A stretch of 64,000 bases of DNA from Candidatus Omnitrophota bacterium (GTDB taxonomy: Bacteria; Omnitrophota; Gorgyraeia; Duberdicusellales; 4484-171): NCBI GenBank assembly GCA_021735655.1, contig JAIPGM010000003.1, forward strand, positions 214,836 to 278,835. The letters are read 5' to 3'. Shown piece by piece: positions 1 through 10,103 of this stretch. Under the pieces are notes generated by a model. The model did not search any database, was not told where the DNA came from, and worked only from the letters and a program-made list of their open reading frames with translations. The translations under genes were made by a program, and so were the position numbers. The number at the start of each line of letters is the position of its first letter. The first letter of the stretch is position 1.

Positions 1-1
1 C

Positions 2-235
2 GCACCTTTTAAGGAAGCAATTTTTGAAATTATGTATACCGAGGGAGTATCTAAGGCCGGAGCCTTAATTGATGCTGCTATTGATGGAGGATTGATTAAG
101 AAAGCCGGAAGTTGGTTTTCTTATAAAGATAAAAATTTAGCTCAAGGTAAAGAGCAGTTGAGAGCCTTAGTAAAGGAAGATGAAAGCTTACGTCGCGAGC
201 TAGAAGAAGCTTTAGGCACAACTGCTTCTAGTTAA
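2..235 (+). CDS. recA: RecA recombinase, C-terminal fragment (5' end lies outside the window)
   Basis: Frame-2 translation from base 2 gives APFKEAIFEIMYTEGVSKAGALIDAAIDGGLIKKAGSWFSYKDKNLAQGKEQ..., matching the conserved RecA C-terminal domain (...AGAWYSY...GQGKE...). Stop at 235. Confidence 0.8.
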   Translation, partial: APFKEAIFEIMYTEGVSKAGALIDAAIDGGLIKKAGSWFSYKDKNLAQGKEQLRALVKEDESLRRELEEALGTTASS

Positions 236-260
236 TTCAACCAATCCTGATTTTTATCAG

Positions 261-1691
261 GTGAATATGGAGGCCAAAATGAAGAAGATAATCAGTTTAA
301 TAACTATCGCTATCGTTTTTAGCTTGTCTACATATGCTCAGAGTGTAGCGACTTTAGAGAAATTAACCATTGATGTTGCTGCTAGTACTGGAAAATCAGT
401 AGTTTCAATAAGTAGCGAGGTCAAAGAAAAAGTCAACGGAAGACGTTACTTTGAGTCTCCCTTTGGAGATTCTGAGGATGATCCTTTTAGGGGATTTTTT
501 GAGGATTTTTTTGGAGCGTTGCCGGATAGAGAATTCCGTCGGATGGGTTTAGGCAGTGGAGTGATTATTGATAAAGACGGTTACATTCTTACTAATGCTC
601 ATGTTGTTGCTGGTGCCACTAAGGTAAAAGTTAAGCTTTATGATGGAAGAGAATTTGATGCCGAAGTGAAAGGATCCGATGAAAGAAGTGATTTGGCGGT
701 AGTAAAAATAAAAGCTAAAGATCTTCCGGTGGCTAAGCTTGGTGATTCAAGTGAGTTGAAGATCGGAAACTGGGTAGTTGCCATAGGTAATCCTTTTGGG
801 TTTGCCATTGAGAATCCTGAACCGACAGTTACTGTCGGAGTTGTCAGTGCCCTGCATCGTTATTTACCGGCTTTAGGTAACCGTCAAGGTAGTCTTGATG
901 ATTTGATTCAAACCGATGCTGCGATTAATCCTGGGAATAGCGGTGGTCCATTGGTAAATTTAAAGGGTGAAGTCATCGGCATAAATACAGCAATAATAAC
1001 TACTTCCGGAGGTTATCAAGGGTTAGGTTTTGCCACTCCGATTGATAAAGCTAAGCGAATTCTTAATAAACTACTTAAGGGTGAAAGTATTCTCTACGGG
1101 TGGCTCGGGGTTAGTATACAGAATCTAAATGAAGATTTGCGCAATTATTTTGATATTAAGGAGAAGAAGGGCGTTATTATTCTAAAAGTTTACAAGGATT
1201 CTCCGGCTGAAAAAAGCAACCTCAACGAAGGAGATCTAATTACTGAGTTTGACGGGAAAGTGGTTGAGACTACAAGAGATTTGTCGCGGATGGTTTCTTC
1301 TTCCGAGGTCGGTAAACTGGTGCCAATTAAAATAGTTCGCTCAGGAAGTAAAATTTCTTTAACTGTAAAGATTGGTAAGATTCCTGAGAATGTTGAAGAG
1401 GTAGAGCTTTCGACTGCGAGCAAGACCTCTTTTAGGGGTTTGTCGGTAGAAGATTTAGATTTACAAACTAAGCGAAAATTCAAAATAAAGCTTGATGAAG
1501 GCGTTGTTGTGGTAGCTATCGAGAATGATTCCTTAGCTGACCAAAGTGGTTTGATGATAGGTGACGTTATTACTAAGATTGAAAACAAGAATATAAAAAA
1601 TAAAGCTGAATTCCAAGAAGTGGTTTCCAAAATAAAGGGTAACTGTTTGGTTAAAACTAATCGTGGTTATTTTGTTCTTAAAAGTAAGTGA
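261..1691 (+). CDS. htrA: HtrA/DegP-family periplasmic serine protease (trypsin-like domain plus two PDZ domains)
   Basis: Signal peptide; catalytic motifs ...TNAHVV... and ...GNSGGPLVN...; two PDZ-like C-terminal segments; 476 aa. Confidence 0.85.
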   Translation: MNMEAKMKKIISLITIAIVFSLSTYAQSVATLEKLTIDVAASTGKSVVSISSEVKEKVNGRRYFESPFGDSEDDPFRGFFEDFFGALPDREFRRMGLGSGVIIDKDGYILTNAHVVAGATKVKVKLYDGREFDAEVKGSDERSDLAVVKIKAKDLPVAKLGDSSELKIGNWVVAIGNPFGFAIENPEPTVTVGVVSALHRYLPALGNRQGSLDDLIQTDAAINPGNSGGPLVNLKGEVIGINTAIITTSGGYQGLGFATPIDKAKRILNKLLKGESILYGWLGVSIQNLNEDLRNYFDIKEKKGVIILKVYKDSPAEKSNLNEGDLITEFDGKVVETTRDLSRMVSSSEVGKLVPIKIVRSGSKISLTVKIGKIPENVEEVELSTASKTSFRGLSVEDLDLQTKRKFKIKLDEGVVVVAIENDSLADQSGLMIGDVITKIENKNIKNKAEFQEVVSKIKGNCLVKTNRGYFVLKSK

Positions 1692-2167
1692 AGGATTTTA
1701 ACCAAGCGCTCAGTTATTCATTTTTACTTCTTAAGTATCGAGCTCGTTCAAAGACCGAACTTGTCCGGCGACTTAAGGAGAAGAAGTATAGTGGATCAGT
1801 AGTCAAGCAGACGGTTCAGTATTTAGAGAAGAATAATTATATTGATGATAAAGAATTCGCAAGATTGTTTATTTTGAGCGCAATCGAAAAAGGATGGGGT
1901 CCACGAAAAGTAGATTTTCGTCTTAAACAGTTAGGCGTTTCTTATGATTTGCGAAAGCCCACACCAACTTTAAACACTGCTTTCAATAATAAGTTAAGTC
2001 AAATAGTAGAGGAAAGAGTAACTTGTCTTAAGAAGCAAAAACCGCCACTTTCTTCGAAAAAAATATCACAGAAAGTGATGCGGCTGGTTTTATCAAGAGG
2101 GTTTAATTATTCTGAGGTTAGCAGGATAATTGATGGTTTAGGAGTAACTAATTTTGAAAACTGTTGA
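1688..2167 (+). CDS. recX: RecX-like regulatory protein
   Basis: 159 aa with repeated helical motifs typical of RecX (...YIDDKEFARLF...), in the recA neighbourhood; ATGA overlap with the htrA stop. Confidence 0.5.
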   Translation: MKDFNQALSYSFLLLKYRARSKTELVRRLKEKKYSGSVVKQTVQYLEKNNYIDDKEFARLFILSAIEKGWGPRKVDFRLKQLGVSYDLRKPTPTLNTAFNNKLSQIVEERVTCLKKQKPPLSSKKISQKVMRLVLSRGFNYSEVSRIIDGLGVTNFENC

Positions 2168-4709
2168 ATTAAGAAATGCATTTTTAGATTTTTTTAAAGC
2201 TAAGGGGCATAAGTTCTTTACATCTGATACTTTAGTTCCCGATGATCAGTCATTACTTTTTACTTCAGCCGGAATGAATCAGTTTAAGCCTTACTTTTTG
2301 GGTGAAAAGAAAGATATAAAAACAGCTACATCTTGTCAGAAGTGCTTGCGTACTGGTGACTTAGAGAATGTTGGTAAAACTGCCTATCACCATACTTTTT
2401 TTGAGATGCTTGGTAATTTTTCTTTCGGTGATTATTTCAAGAAAGAAGCTATAGTCTATGCTTGGGAGTTTATTACTAAAAAAGCAAAACTAAAGGAGAA
2501 AGATTTATGGGTTTCGGTATATAAAGATGATGTCGAGGCCTATAAGATTTGGAAGGATCAAATAGGGATTCCTAAAAACAAAATTGTTAAATTAGGAGAG
2601 GACAGCAACTTTTGGCCGGCAAATGCTCCTAGCCTAGGTCCTGATGGACCTTGCGGCCCGTGTTCAGAGATTTTTTTTGATCAAGGGGAAGAAGTTGGCT
2701 GTAGAAAAAAAGGCTGTAACCCCGATTGTAGTTGCGGCCGGTTTGTTGAAGTTTGGAATTTAGTTTTTACGCAGTTTAATCGAACAGGAAAAAATAAATT
2801 AGAACCTTTGCCTCAGAATAACATTGATACTGGTATGGGCCTTGAAAGGATGGCTTGCGTTTTGCAGGGTAAAAACTCTAACTTTGAAATTGATATTTTA
2901 GCGCCGATAGTTAGTCAAGCTAGACAGCTGATTGCTACAGAAAAGCAAGATAAGGCAACACTTGGGTTAATATACGCTATAGTTGATCATGTTCGAGCAG
3001 CAACCTTTTCTATTTCTGACGGAATATATCCTTCAAATGAAGATAGGGGATATGTAATTAGAAAAATAATTCGTAAAGCTCTTTGGTCTGCACATCTTTT
3101 GGCTAAAAAAGAGCCTTTTCTTTATAGTTTGTCTGACTATGTTGTTGAGGTAATGAAAGATGTTTATCCTGAACTAGATAAGAAAAGAGAAGCCATTGCT
3201 AAAGTTATCCGGGCCGAAGAGGAAAAATTTTTGGCAACTCTTAACGATGGACAGTATCAGATCTCGTTACTAGTTAAAGCTTTAAACAAAGAAAATAAAA
3301 AAACAATAAAATCCGAAGACCTATTTCGTTTTTATGATACTTATGGATTACCGCTTGAGCTTACTAAGGAGATAGCTAAGGAAGCCAGTTTGGGGGTAGA
3401 TGAAAAAGGGTTTAATGATTTACTAAAGCAACAACAAGAACGTTCTCGGAAAAAGAGTATGTTTGATGAAAATATATTTAAAAAAGGAAAGTTAAGCTTA
3501 ACCGAGAAAACTAAGTTTGTTGGCTATGAACTTAATGAAATTAAAGTTTCAATAGAGAAGGTATTTTTAGGTGATGAGACCTTGGTTGTTTTAGATAAAA
3601 CTCCTTTTTATCCTGAAGCTGGTGGCCAACTTTCAGACAAAGGTATTATTAAGTCAGATCAAGGTGAGTTTCAAGTAGAACAAGTTTTTAAAGTTAATGA
3701 AGCAATTGTCCATAAAGGTACAATCATTAAGGGGAACATAGAAAAAGGAGCTTGTTTGGCCGTTGTCGATACCAAAAGAAGAAAGGCTTTAGCTCGTTCG
3801 CATACGGCAACTCATCTTTTGCAGGCTGCTTTACGTAGAGTTTTGGGCGATCACGTTGTTCAGCAAGGCTCATTAGTTGATGAAGATAAATTTCGTTTTG
3901 ATTTTACTCATTTTAATAAGTTAACTGAAGAAGAGAAGGCCAAGATTACCGCCTTAGTTAAAGAGTTTATCAAAGGCCGGGCTAAGGTTGAGAAGAAAGA
4001 ACTTAGCTTTAAGCAGGCCAAAGAAGAAGGAGCCTTAGCTTTTTTTAAGGATAAGTATCAGGACAAGGTAAGGGTAGTTTCGATTTCTGATTATAGCAAA
4101 GAGCTTTGCGGCGGGACTCATGTTGATAACACTGCTGAAATAGAGGATTTTGAAATCGAGTCGGAGTCTTCAATCAGCAGCGGCATTAGAAGAATCAGGG
4201 CTTCAGTAGCTAAACAGGCTCAGCTAGTCATAGAGGTTCGTCAAAAAACAGAGGAAGAGCTAAAAAAGCGTTCTGAAGAGTCGAAGAAGCCGGATCGGGG
4301 AAAAATTACTCAAAAATTCAATCAAGGAAAGGAAGAACTTTTATTAAAGACTCCAGAAATTATAAAGGGAGTAAATCTTCTATATGTTTACAGTCAAGAG
4401 AGTCCCCTTACGATTAAGGAAGAGAAGGAAGTTATGCTTAAATTGTCAGATAGCTTAAAGAAAAAAATAAAATTGGCAGTTATATTCTTAGTTAGAAGAG
4501 TTGAGGGCAAGGATATTTTTATTTGCTCAGCTGGCGATGATCTAGTTAATAAGGGCTTTAGTTGCCGAAAACTAATTTCTGAGTTTGGAGAAAAATTATC
4601 CCTAAGAGGCGGTGGAAGTGATAAAATAGTCCAAGGATCAGTAGCTAACTGGAGTGATGGATTCTTAGACCAATTAAAAGAGGTTCTTAACCAATTTATA
4701 AAATTATGA
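2154..4709 (+). CDS. alaS: Alanyl-tRNA synthetase
   Basis: N-terminus MKTVELRNAFLDFFKAKGHKFFTSDTLVPDDQSLLFTSAGMNQFKPYFLG is the hallmark AlaS catalytic core; editing-domain HxxxH (TATHLL); C-terminal DHHA1-like region; 851 aa. Confidence 0.95.
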   Translation: MKTVELRNAFLDFFKAKGHKFFTSDTLVPDDQSLLFTSAGMNQFKPYFLGEKKDIKTATSCQKCLRTGDLENVGKTAYHHTFFEMLGNFSFGDYFKKEAIVYAWEFITKKAKLKEKDLWVSVYKDDVEAYKIWKDQIGIPKNKIVKLGEDSNFWPANAPSLGPDGPCGPCSEIFFDQGEEVGCRKKGCNPDCSCGRFVEVWNLVFTQFNRTGKNKLEPLPQNNIDTGMGLERMACVLQGKNSNFEIDILAPIVSQARQLIATEKQDKATLGLIYAIVDHVRAATFSISDGIYPSNEDRGYVIRKIIRKALWSAHLLAKKEPFLYSLSDYVVEVMKDVYPELDKKREAIAKVIRAEEEKFLATLNDGQYQISLLVKALNKENKKTIKSEDLFRFYDTYGLPLELTKEIAKEASLGVDEKGFNDLLKQQQERSRKKSMFDENIFKKGKLSLTEKTKFVGYELNEIKVSIEKVFLGDETLVVLDKTPFYPEAGGQLSDKGIIKSDQGEFQVEQVFKVNEAIVHKGTIIKGNIEKGACLAVVDTKRRKALARSHTATHLLQAALRRVLGDHVVQQGSLVDEDKFRFDFTHFNKLTEEEKAKITALVKEFIKGRAKVEKKELSFKQAKEEGALAFFKDKYQDKVRVVSISDYSKELCGGTHVDNTAEIEDFEIESESSISSGIRRIRASVAKQAQLVIEVRQKTEEELKKRSEESKKPDRGKITQKFNQGKEELLLKTPEIIKGVNLLYVYSQESPLTIKEEKEVMLKLSDSLKKKIKLAVIFLVRRVEGKDIFICSAGDDLVNKGFSCRKLISEFGEKLSLRGGGSDKIVQGSVANWSDGFLDQLKEVLNQFIKL

Positions 4710-5926
4710 GAGTAGTAAGAAATTTAGACAGTTTAGAAAAAATACTTAGCAAGAAAAGGCTAAGAAAAAACAAAATTAACGAGAAGGTTGCTAAGATTAT
4801 AAAGAGCGTTAGCGATAGTGGTGATATTGCCTTAGTTGAATTTACCAAGAAGTTCGATAAGGTAAAGATATCTCATCGCGAACTCAGGATAAGCGAATCG
4901 GAGATAAGCGCAGCCTTTAATGAGTTAGATTCAAAACTTATCTCGGCTTTTAAGGTAGCCATAGATAACGTAACTAAATTCTATAAACACCAGATTCCTA
5001 AAACAACCAGAGTAAGAAACGCAAACGGTAAAACGCTTACCAGCCGTTATGTGCCACTTGAACGTGTCGGCGTGTATGTTCCAGCCGGAACCGCTCCTTT
5101 AGTTTCATCGGTCTATATGGCAGTTATCCCAGCTATAGTTGCTGGAGTAAAAGAAATAGTCTTAGCCTCGCCACCAGGAAAAGATAAGAGCCTGAATCCT
5201 TTCATTCTGGCGATGGCATCTTTGCTTAAAATAAAGGAAATTTATCGTATTGGTGGCGCTCAAGCAGTAGGTGCCTTGGCTTACGGAACTAAAACAATTA
5301 AAAAGGTTGATAAAATTGTTGGTCCGGGTAATGAATTTGTGACTGAAGCTAAGCGTCAGGTTTTCGGCAAGGTCGGTATTGATATGTTGGCCGGTCCTTC
5401 GGAAGTAGTTATTTTAGCCTCTAAGGATGCCAATGTAGAATATATTATTGCTGATTTAGAGTCACAAATTGAGCATTATAATGGATCAGGTATTTTAATT
5501 ACTAATTCTAGGAGAATTATTCGTGAAGTTAGGAAAAGGAAAACTCCTGGCTTAGCTTTAAGAGTTAGGAACCTTGAAGCTGGTTGCCAAGTGGTTAATC
5601 GGATCGCTCCTGAACATTTAGAAATTTTAACTAAGAAGCCGGCAGCCCTATTGAAAAAAATTAAAAACGCCGGCGCAATATTTTTAGGAGATTATACTCC
5701 GGTGGCTTTAGGAGACTATACGGCTGGGCCAAGTCACGTTCTCCCCACCGGTGGAAGCGCGCGTTTTTTCTCTTGTCTTTCAGTGAAGGATTTTTTGAAA
5801 GAAGTCCATGTGATAAATTACACTAAAAAGGCCTTGCAGGAAGAGGTAGAAGTTTTAGAGAAAATAGCCGGATTGGAGGGGATGAATAAACACATTGAAA
5901 GTGTTAAGAAGAGGCTTCAAGCATAA
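4706..5926 (+). CDS. hisD: Histidinol dehydrogenase
   Basis: Motifs ...VGPGNEFVTEAKRQVFGKVGIDMLAGPSEVVILA... and ...TAGPSHVLPTGGSARF... typical of HisD; 406 aa; overlaps alaS stop (ATGA). Confidence 0.9.
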   Translation: MRVVRNLDSLEKILSKKRLRKNKINEKVAKIIKSVSDSGDIALVEFTKKFDKVKISHRELRISESEISAAFNELDSKLISAFKVAIDNVTKFYKHQIPKTTRVRNANGKTLTSRYVPLERVGVYVPAGTAPLVSSVYMAVIPAIVAGVKEIVLASPPGKDKSLNPFILAMASLLKIKEIYRIGGAQAVGALAYGTKTIKKVDKIVGPGNEFVTEAKRQVFGKVGIDMLAGPSEVVILASKDANVEYIIADLESQIEHYNGSGILITNSRRIIREVRKRKTPGLALRVRNLEAGCQVVNRIAPEHLEILTKKPAALLKKIKNAGAIFLGDYTPVALGDYTAGPSHVLPTGGSARFFSCLSVKDFLKEVHVINYTKKALQEEVEVLEKIAGLEGMNKHIESVKKRLQA

Positions 5927-5935
5927 GGAGATCAG

Positions 5936-6553
5936 ATGAGAAAAGCCCAAATAAAAAGAAAGACTAATGAAGTGGACATAAAGGGTAATTTTGTTGTTGA
6001 TGGGGAAGGCAAAACCAAGCTAAATACTAGTTTTGAGCCGCTCAATCATTTATTGACCCTTTTTGCCTTTCACGGTTTGTTTGATTTAGATTTAGCGGCT
6101 GAAGGCGATCTTCAGCATCATATAATTGAAGATATTGGCATAGCTTTAGGTAAGGCCTTCAAGGAAGCTTTGGGTGATAAAAGTGGTATCAATCGGTACG
6201 GTAGCTTTTCAGCAACCATGGATAAAGTGGTGGTTGAAGCTAATGTTGACATATCGGGTAGGCCATCTTTACATAGAGAAATTACCGCGGCCAATAAAGT
6301 TGGTGTCGATACAATTTTAGATAGTGGGACCTTCGATGATACTAGCTTTACCGCTAAACATGCCGAAGAGTTTTTAGAAGCTTTTACTCAGCATGGGGGA
6401 TTGAGCCTGGTCTATAACATAAAGTCAGGAGAAGGTGATCTTCATCACATTCTGGAAGCTCTTTTTAAAGCGATGGGCAAGGCTCTAGATCAAGCTACCC
6501 AGATTGATCCACGCCGCAAAGGCATTCCTTCGACAAAAGGAATAATTGATTAA
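5936..6553 (+). CDS. hisB: Imidazoleglycerol-phosphate dehydratase
   Basis: HisB signature ...HHIIEDIGIALG... and ...DLHHILEALFKAMG...; 205 aa. Confidence 0.9.
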   Translation: MRKAQIKRKTNEVDIKGNFVVDGEGKTKLNTSFEPLNHLLTLFAFHGLFDLDLAAEGDLQHHIIEDIGIALGKAFKEALGDKSGINRYGSFSATMDKVVVEANVDISGRPSLHREITAANKVGVDTILDSGTFDDTSFTAKHAEEFLEAFTQHGGLSLVYNIKSGEGDLHHILEALFKAMGKALDQATQIDPRRKGIPSTKGIID

Positions 6554-6568
6554 TTAGTAATTAAAATT

Positions 6569-7168
6569 ATGATAGTAGTTGTTGATTACGGAATGGGTAA
6601 TTTAAAAAGCGTAGCTAACGCTTGTAGGCTTTTAGGAAAACCGGCTATAGTTACTGATTCTAAGGAAGTAATAGCTAAGGCTGAGAAGATAATTTTTCCT
6701 GGTGTTGGTCATTTTGCTCAGGCGATGAAAGAGCTTAAAAAGCGAGGTTTGATTTCGGTAATTAAGAAAAAGATAGCCGAAGGCGCTCCTTTTTTCGGTA
6801 TCTGTTTAGGTATGCAGATATTATTTGAGGAAAGCCAGGAAGCCCCGGGACTAAAGGGTCTAGGAGTTATTAAAGGAAAGGTTAAGAAGTTTAAAGATAA
6901 GAGTTTGCGTATTCCTCATATGGGTTGGAATCAGATAAATATTAAAAAGCCAACTATGTTTAAAGGGGTTAAAGACAGAAGTTTTCTTTACTTTGTTCAC
7001 TCCTACTATTGTGAACCAAAAGATAAGAAAATAGTTGCAACTACTACTGATTATGGGGTTGAATTTGTTTCAAGCATAAGTGTTGAAAATATCTGGGCAG
7101 TTCAATTCCACGCTGAGAAAAGTCAAAGATTAGGCCTTAAGCTTTTCGATAACTTTTTAAAACAATGA
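6569..7168 (+). CDS. hisH: Imidazole glycerol phosphate synthase, glutamine amidotransferase subunit
   Basis: Class-I GATase: MIVVVDYGMGNLKSV, catalytic GICLGMQ and HSYY... motifs; 199 aa. Confidence 0.9.
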   Translation: MIVVVDYGMGNLKSVANACRLLGKPAIVTDSKEVIAKAEKIIFPGVGHFAQAMKELKKRGLISVIKKKIAEGAPFFGICLGMQILFEESQEAPGLKGLGVIKGKVKKFKDKSLRIPHMGWNQINIKKPTMFKGVKDRSFLYFVHSYYCEPKDKKIVATTTDYGVEFVSSISVENIWAVQFHAEKSQRLGLKLFDNFLKQ

Positions 7169-7875
7169 TTGTAATACCGGCTATCGATTTATATCAAGGA
7201 AAGGTTGTCCGCCTTATAAAAGGGGATATAAAATATTCTAAGGTTTACAGCGATAATCCTGTAGAGATTGCCAAAAAATGGGAAGCTGAGGGTGCAGAGC
7301 TTCTTCACTTAGTTGATCTTTCGGCTGCTCTTGGTGAAGGTGATAACTTAGAGGTAATAAAGGATATCATTGCTGAAGTTGACATCGAGGTTCAGGTTGG
7401 TGGTGGCATACGTGATATTAAGAAGGCTAAACAGCTTTTGTCCTTAGGCGTTGAAAGGGTAATTATTGGAACCAAAGCTTTAGACGAGGACTTTCTTAAT
7501 GAGGTTTTAAAATCTTTAGGTAAAGAGAAGTTTGCTATTGGCGTAGATGTTTTTAATTCTTGTTTGGCAATTGATGGCTGGAAGGAAAAGACTGATTTCA
7601 GCGGTTTAGATTTTGTAGCTTACCTGCAGCTTAAAGGTATAAGCTGGGTCATTTATACCGATGTTTGTCGCGATGGAACTTTGGAAGGCCTTGACTTCGA
7701 TCAGATAACTAAGCTAGATATGTTTAGCGATATGAAAATTATAGCTTCCGGAGGAGTAGCTTCTTTAGATGATTTAAGGTTGTTGAAGAAACGTGCCCCT
7801 TTCATTTGGGGGGTTATAGTTGGCAAGGCTCTCTATGAAGGTAAATTTACCCTGACTGAAGCCCTTGGTGAGTAA
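7165..7875 (+). CDS. hisA: ProFAR isomerase (phosphoribosylformimino-5-aminoimidazole carboxamide ribotide isomerase)
   Basis: MIVIPAIDLYQGKVVRL... N-terminus and (beta/alpha)8 HisA/HisF family features; 236 aa; directly follows hisH with ATGA overlap. Confidence 0.8.
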   Translation: MIVIPAIDLYQGKVVRLIKGDIKYSKVYSDNPVEIAKKWEAEGAELLHLVDLSAALGEGDNLEVIKDIIAEVDIEVQVGGGIRDIKKAKQLLSLGVERVIIGTKALDEDFLNEVLKSLGKEKFAIGVDVFNSCLAIDGWKEKTDFSGLDFVAYLQLKGISWVIYTDVCRDGTLEGLDFDQITKLDMFSDMKIIASGGVASLDDLRLLKKRAPFIWGVIVGKALYEGKFTLTEALGE

Positions 7876-7899
7876 TTCTGTCGGTTTGCAATTTAGCTG

Positions 7900-7927
7900 T
7901 TGACAATATTATCAAATATGATATAAA
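7900..7927 (+). promoter_or_regulatory. Sigma-70-like promoter upstream of rplM-rpsI (TTGACA, 16 nt spacer, TATAAA)
   Basis: ttgaca at 7900-7905 and tataaa at 7922-7927, about 27 bp upstream of the rplM start. Confidence 0.4.
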
Positions 7928-7953
7928 AGGCTCTTAAGAATTTCAAGAAAAAT

Positions 7954-8379
7954 ATGAAAAAGACTAAGTTTTTCAACCCTAAAGAGAGAAGGTGGGTAGT
8001 TATTGACGCCAAGGATAAGGTCTTAGGCCGTCTAGCTACGCGTATAGCCATAGTTTTGCAAGGTAAAAATAAGGCGACTTATACACCAAATTCTATTTGT
8101 GGTGATCGGGTCGTTGTGATTAACGCAAGGCATGCAAGACTTACTGCTAATAAGGCTGAAACTAAGAGCTATGATCGTTATTCAGGATATCCTAGTGGTC
8201 GCAAGGATTTAACTTTAAAAGAGTTAATGAAGAAAAATCCTACTCGGGTAATGTATCTGGCGGTAAAGGGCATGGTTCCCAAGAATAACCGTGGCAGAGA
8301 AATGATGAAATCTTTAAAAATATATGCTGAGGCTGAGCATAATCAGCAGGCTCAGAAACCGGAGTCAATTAATATTTAA
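7954..8379 (+). CDS. rplM: 50S ribosomal protein L13
   Basis: ...RRWVVIDAKDKVLGRLATRIAIVLQGK... is classic L13; 141 aa. Confidence 0.95.
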   Translation: MKKTKFFNPKERRWVVIDAKDKVLGRLATRIAIVLQGKNKATYTPNSICGDRVVVINARHARLTANKAETKSYDRYSGYPSGRKDLTLKELMKKNPTRVMYLAVKGMVPKNNRGREMMKSLKIYAEAEHNQQAQKPESINI

Positions 8380-8381
8380 TT

Positions 8382-8792
8382 ATGAAAGCAAAAATAAAAG
8401 AAAAAGAAAATTTCGCTGCCACTGGCCGAAGGAAAAAAGCTATCGCTCGGGTACGTGTTTTTCCTCAAGGAAAAGGTAAATTAGTGATTAATGGTAGAGA
8501 TTTTGAGGCTTACTTTTCTACAGTTGATAATAGAATGCAGGTTAGGAAAACATTAATTGTAACTGAGTCTGAAGGTAAAATGGATGTTTTCGCTAATGTT
8601 AGTGGGGGAGGCCTTAGCGGCCAGGCTGGAGCTGTAAGCTTAGGTATAGCTCGTTGTATGGTTGAATGGAATCCAGAACTTCGTAGTTTATTGCGAAGGG
8701 AAGATCTTCTTACCCGTGATCCTCGCGCCAAAGAACGCAAGAAATACGGCCGTAAAGGCGCCCGCAAAAGATTTCAGTGGACGAAACGGTAA
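8382..8792 (+). CDS. rpsI: 30S ribosomal protein S9
   Basis: ...ATGRRKKAIARVRV... and C-terminal ...RKKYGRKGARKRFQWTKR typical of S9; 136 aa. Confidence 0.95.
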   Translation: MKAKIKEKENFAATGRRKKAIARVRVFPQGKGKLVINGRDFEAYFSTVDNRMQVRKTLIVTESEGKMDVFANVSGGGLSGQAGAVSLGIARCMVEWNPELRSLLRREDLLTRDPRAKERKKYGRKGARKRFQWTKR

Positions 8793-8903
8793 CTTTTACA
8801 GTTACTTTCAAGTCTTAATTCCAGTAAAACTATTTGATTGGGTTAATTGTTTAGGCCTGAAATGCCTTGACAATTCTAGCTATTTGGGTTAATTTATTTT
8901 ATT

Positions 8904-10091
8904 ATGTTTAGTTCAATTGAAGATATTTTAGCTGATATTTTAGTCGGAAAGCCAGTAATCGTAGTCGACGATGAGGCTCGAGAAAATGAGGGGGATTTAG
9001 TAGTTGCTGCTGAATTCGCTACTCCTGAGGCGATTAATTTTATGATTAAGGAGGCTCGGGGTTTAGTTTGCGTTCCGATGGAGCGTTCGCGAATCGAAGC
9101 TCTTGATTTAGAGCCAATGCATCATAAGCCTTCCCGAGATCCTTTCAAAACAGCTTGGCGAGTTTCAGTAGATGCTGCTACTGGAGTTACTACTGGTATT
9201 TCAGCCTTTGATCGTTCAAGGACTATTTCAGTTTTAATTAACCCTGAAAGTAAACCAAGCGATTTTACAAAACCAGGCCATCTATTTCCTCTAGAGGCTA
9301 AAGACGGTGGAGTACTGACAAGAACTGGGCATACTGAAGCTGCTGTAGATTTAGCTAAGTTGGCAGGGGTTTACCCGGCTGGAGTAATTTGTGAAATAAT
9401 AAAGGAAGATGGTTCAATGGCTAGGCTTCCGGGTTTGATAAAGTTTGCCAAAAAGCACGGGTTAAAGATATGTACCATTGCTTCGTTAATTAAGTATCGC
9501 AGCAAGAAAGAAAAACTAGTAAAGTTAGTTACGGAAGTCAATTTGCCTACCGATTACGGACAGTTTAAACTTTTTCTTTACGAATCTTTACTTGATGGAT
9601 CTGAGCACTTAGCTTTAGTTAAAGGAACGATAAGTGAAAAATCGGTTTTAGTACGTGTGCATTCAGAGTGTCTTACTGGAGATATTCTTACTTCGCACCG
9701 TTGTGATTGTGGTAATCAACTTCATCAGTCGATGAAAATGATTGCTGATTGCGGTGGGGTCCTTCTTTATATGCGTCAGGAAGGAAGAGGAATTGGTTTA
9801 AAAGCTAAGATGAAAGCTTACCATTTACAGGAGAAAGGCCTTGATACTGTCGAGGCAAATCAGAGCTTAGGCTTTGCTTCCGATCTTAGAGATTATGGAA
9901 TCGGAGCCCAGATTTTGGTAGAATTAGGGGTTAGGAAAATAAAACTTTTAACTAATAATCCTAAGAAAATAATCGGTCTCCAGGGGTATGGTTTAGAAAT
10001 TACTGAGCGGGTGCCGATAAAAAGTGTCGCACATCCAGAAAGTGAACGTTATCTTAAAACTAAGAAGAATAAATTGGACCATATATTGTAA
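8904..10091 (+). CDS. ribBA: Bifunctional 3,4-dihydroxy-2-butanone-4-phosphate synthase / GTP cyclohydrolase II
   Basis: N-terminal DHBP synthase (...[18 protein letters not shown]...) and C-terminal GTP cyclohydrolase II (CxxC...C zinc motif ...[21 protein letters not shown]...); 395 aa. Confidence 0.9.
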   Translation: MFSSIEDILADILVGKPVIVVDDEARENEGDLVVAAEFATPEAINFMIKEARGLVCVPMERSRIEALDLEPMHHKPSRDPFKTAWRVSVDAATGVTTGISAFDRSRTISVLINPESKPSDFTKPGHLFPLEAKDGGVLTRTGHTEAAVDLAKLAGVYPAGVICEIIKEDGSMARLPGLIKFAKKHGLKICTIASLIKYRSKKEKLVKLVTEVNLPTDYGQFKLFLYESLLDGSEHLALVKGTISEKSVLVRVHSECLTGDILTSHRCDCGNQLHQSMKMIADCGGVLLYMRQEGRGIGLKAKMKAYHLQEKGLDTVEANQSLGFASDLRDYGIGAQILVELGVRKIKLLTNNPKKIIGLQGYGLEITERVPIKSVAHPESERYLKTKKNKLDHIL

Positions 10092-10103
10092 GAGGAGGTA
10101 GCT

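Noticed and set aside
1190-1630. 146-aa minus-strand ORF inside htrA; also 8510..8767, 10224..10496, 10678..10989, 11246..11494, 15361..15582, 25775..26124, 39272..39532, 45480..45674, 61627..61989
   Set aside because: All are antisense or alternate-frame ORFs inside confidently assigned genes, with no RBS or family signal.
8793-8903. Possible FMN riboswitch upstream of ribBA, or upstream of ribD at 11841-11849
   Set aside because: The spacers (~110 bp and 9 bp) contain no FMN-element core (no GGGxCAGGGTGAAATTCCC-like segment). The rib genes appear to be read through from upstream.
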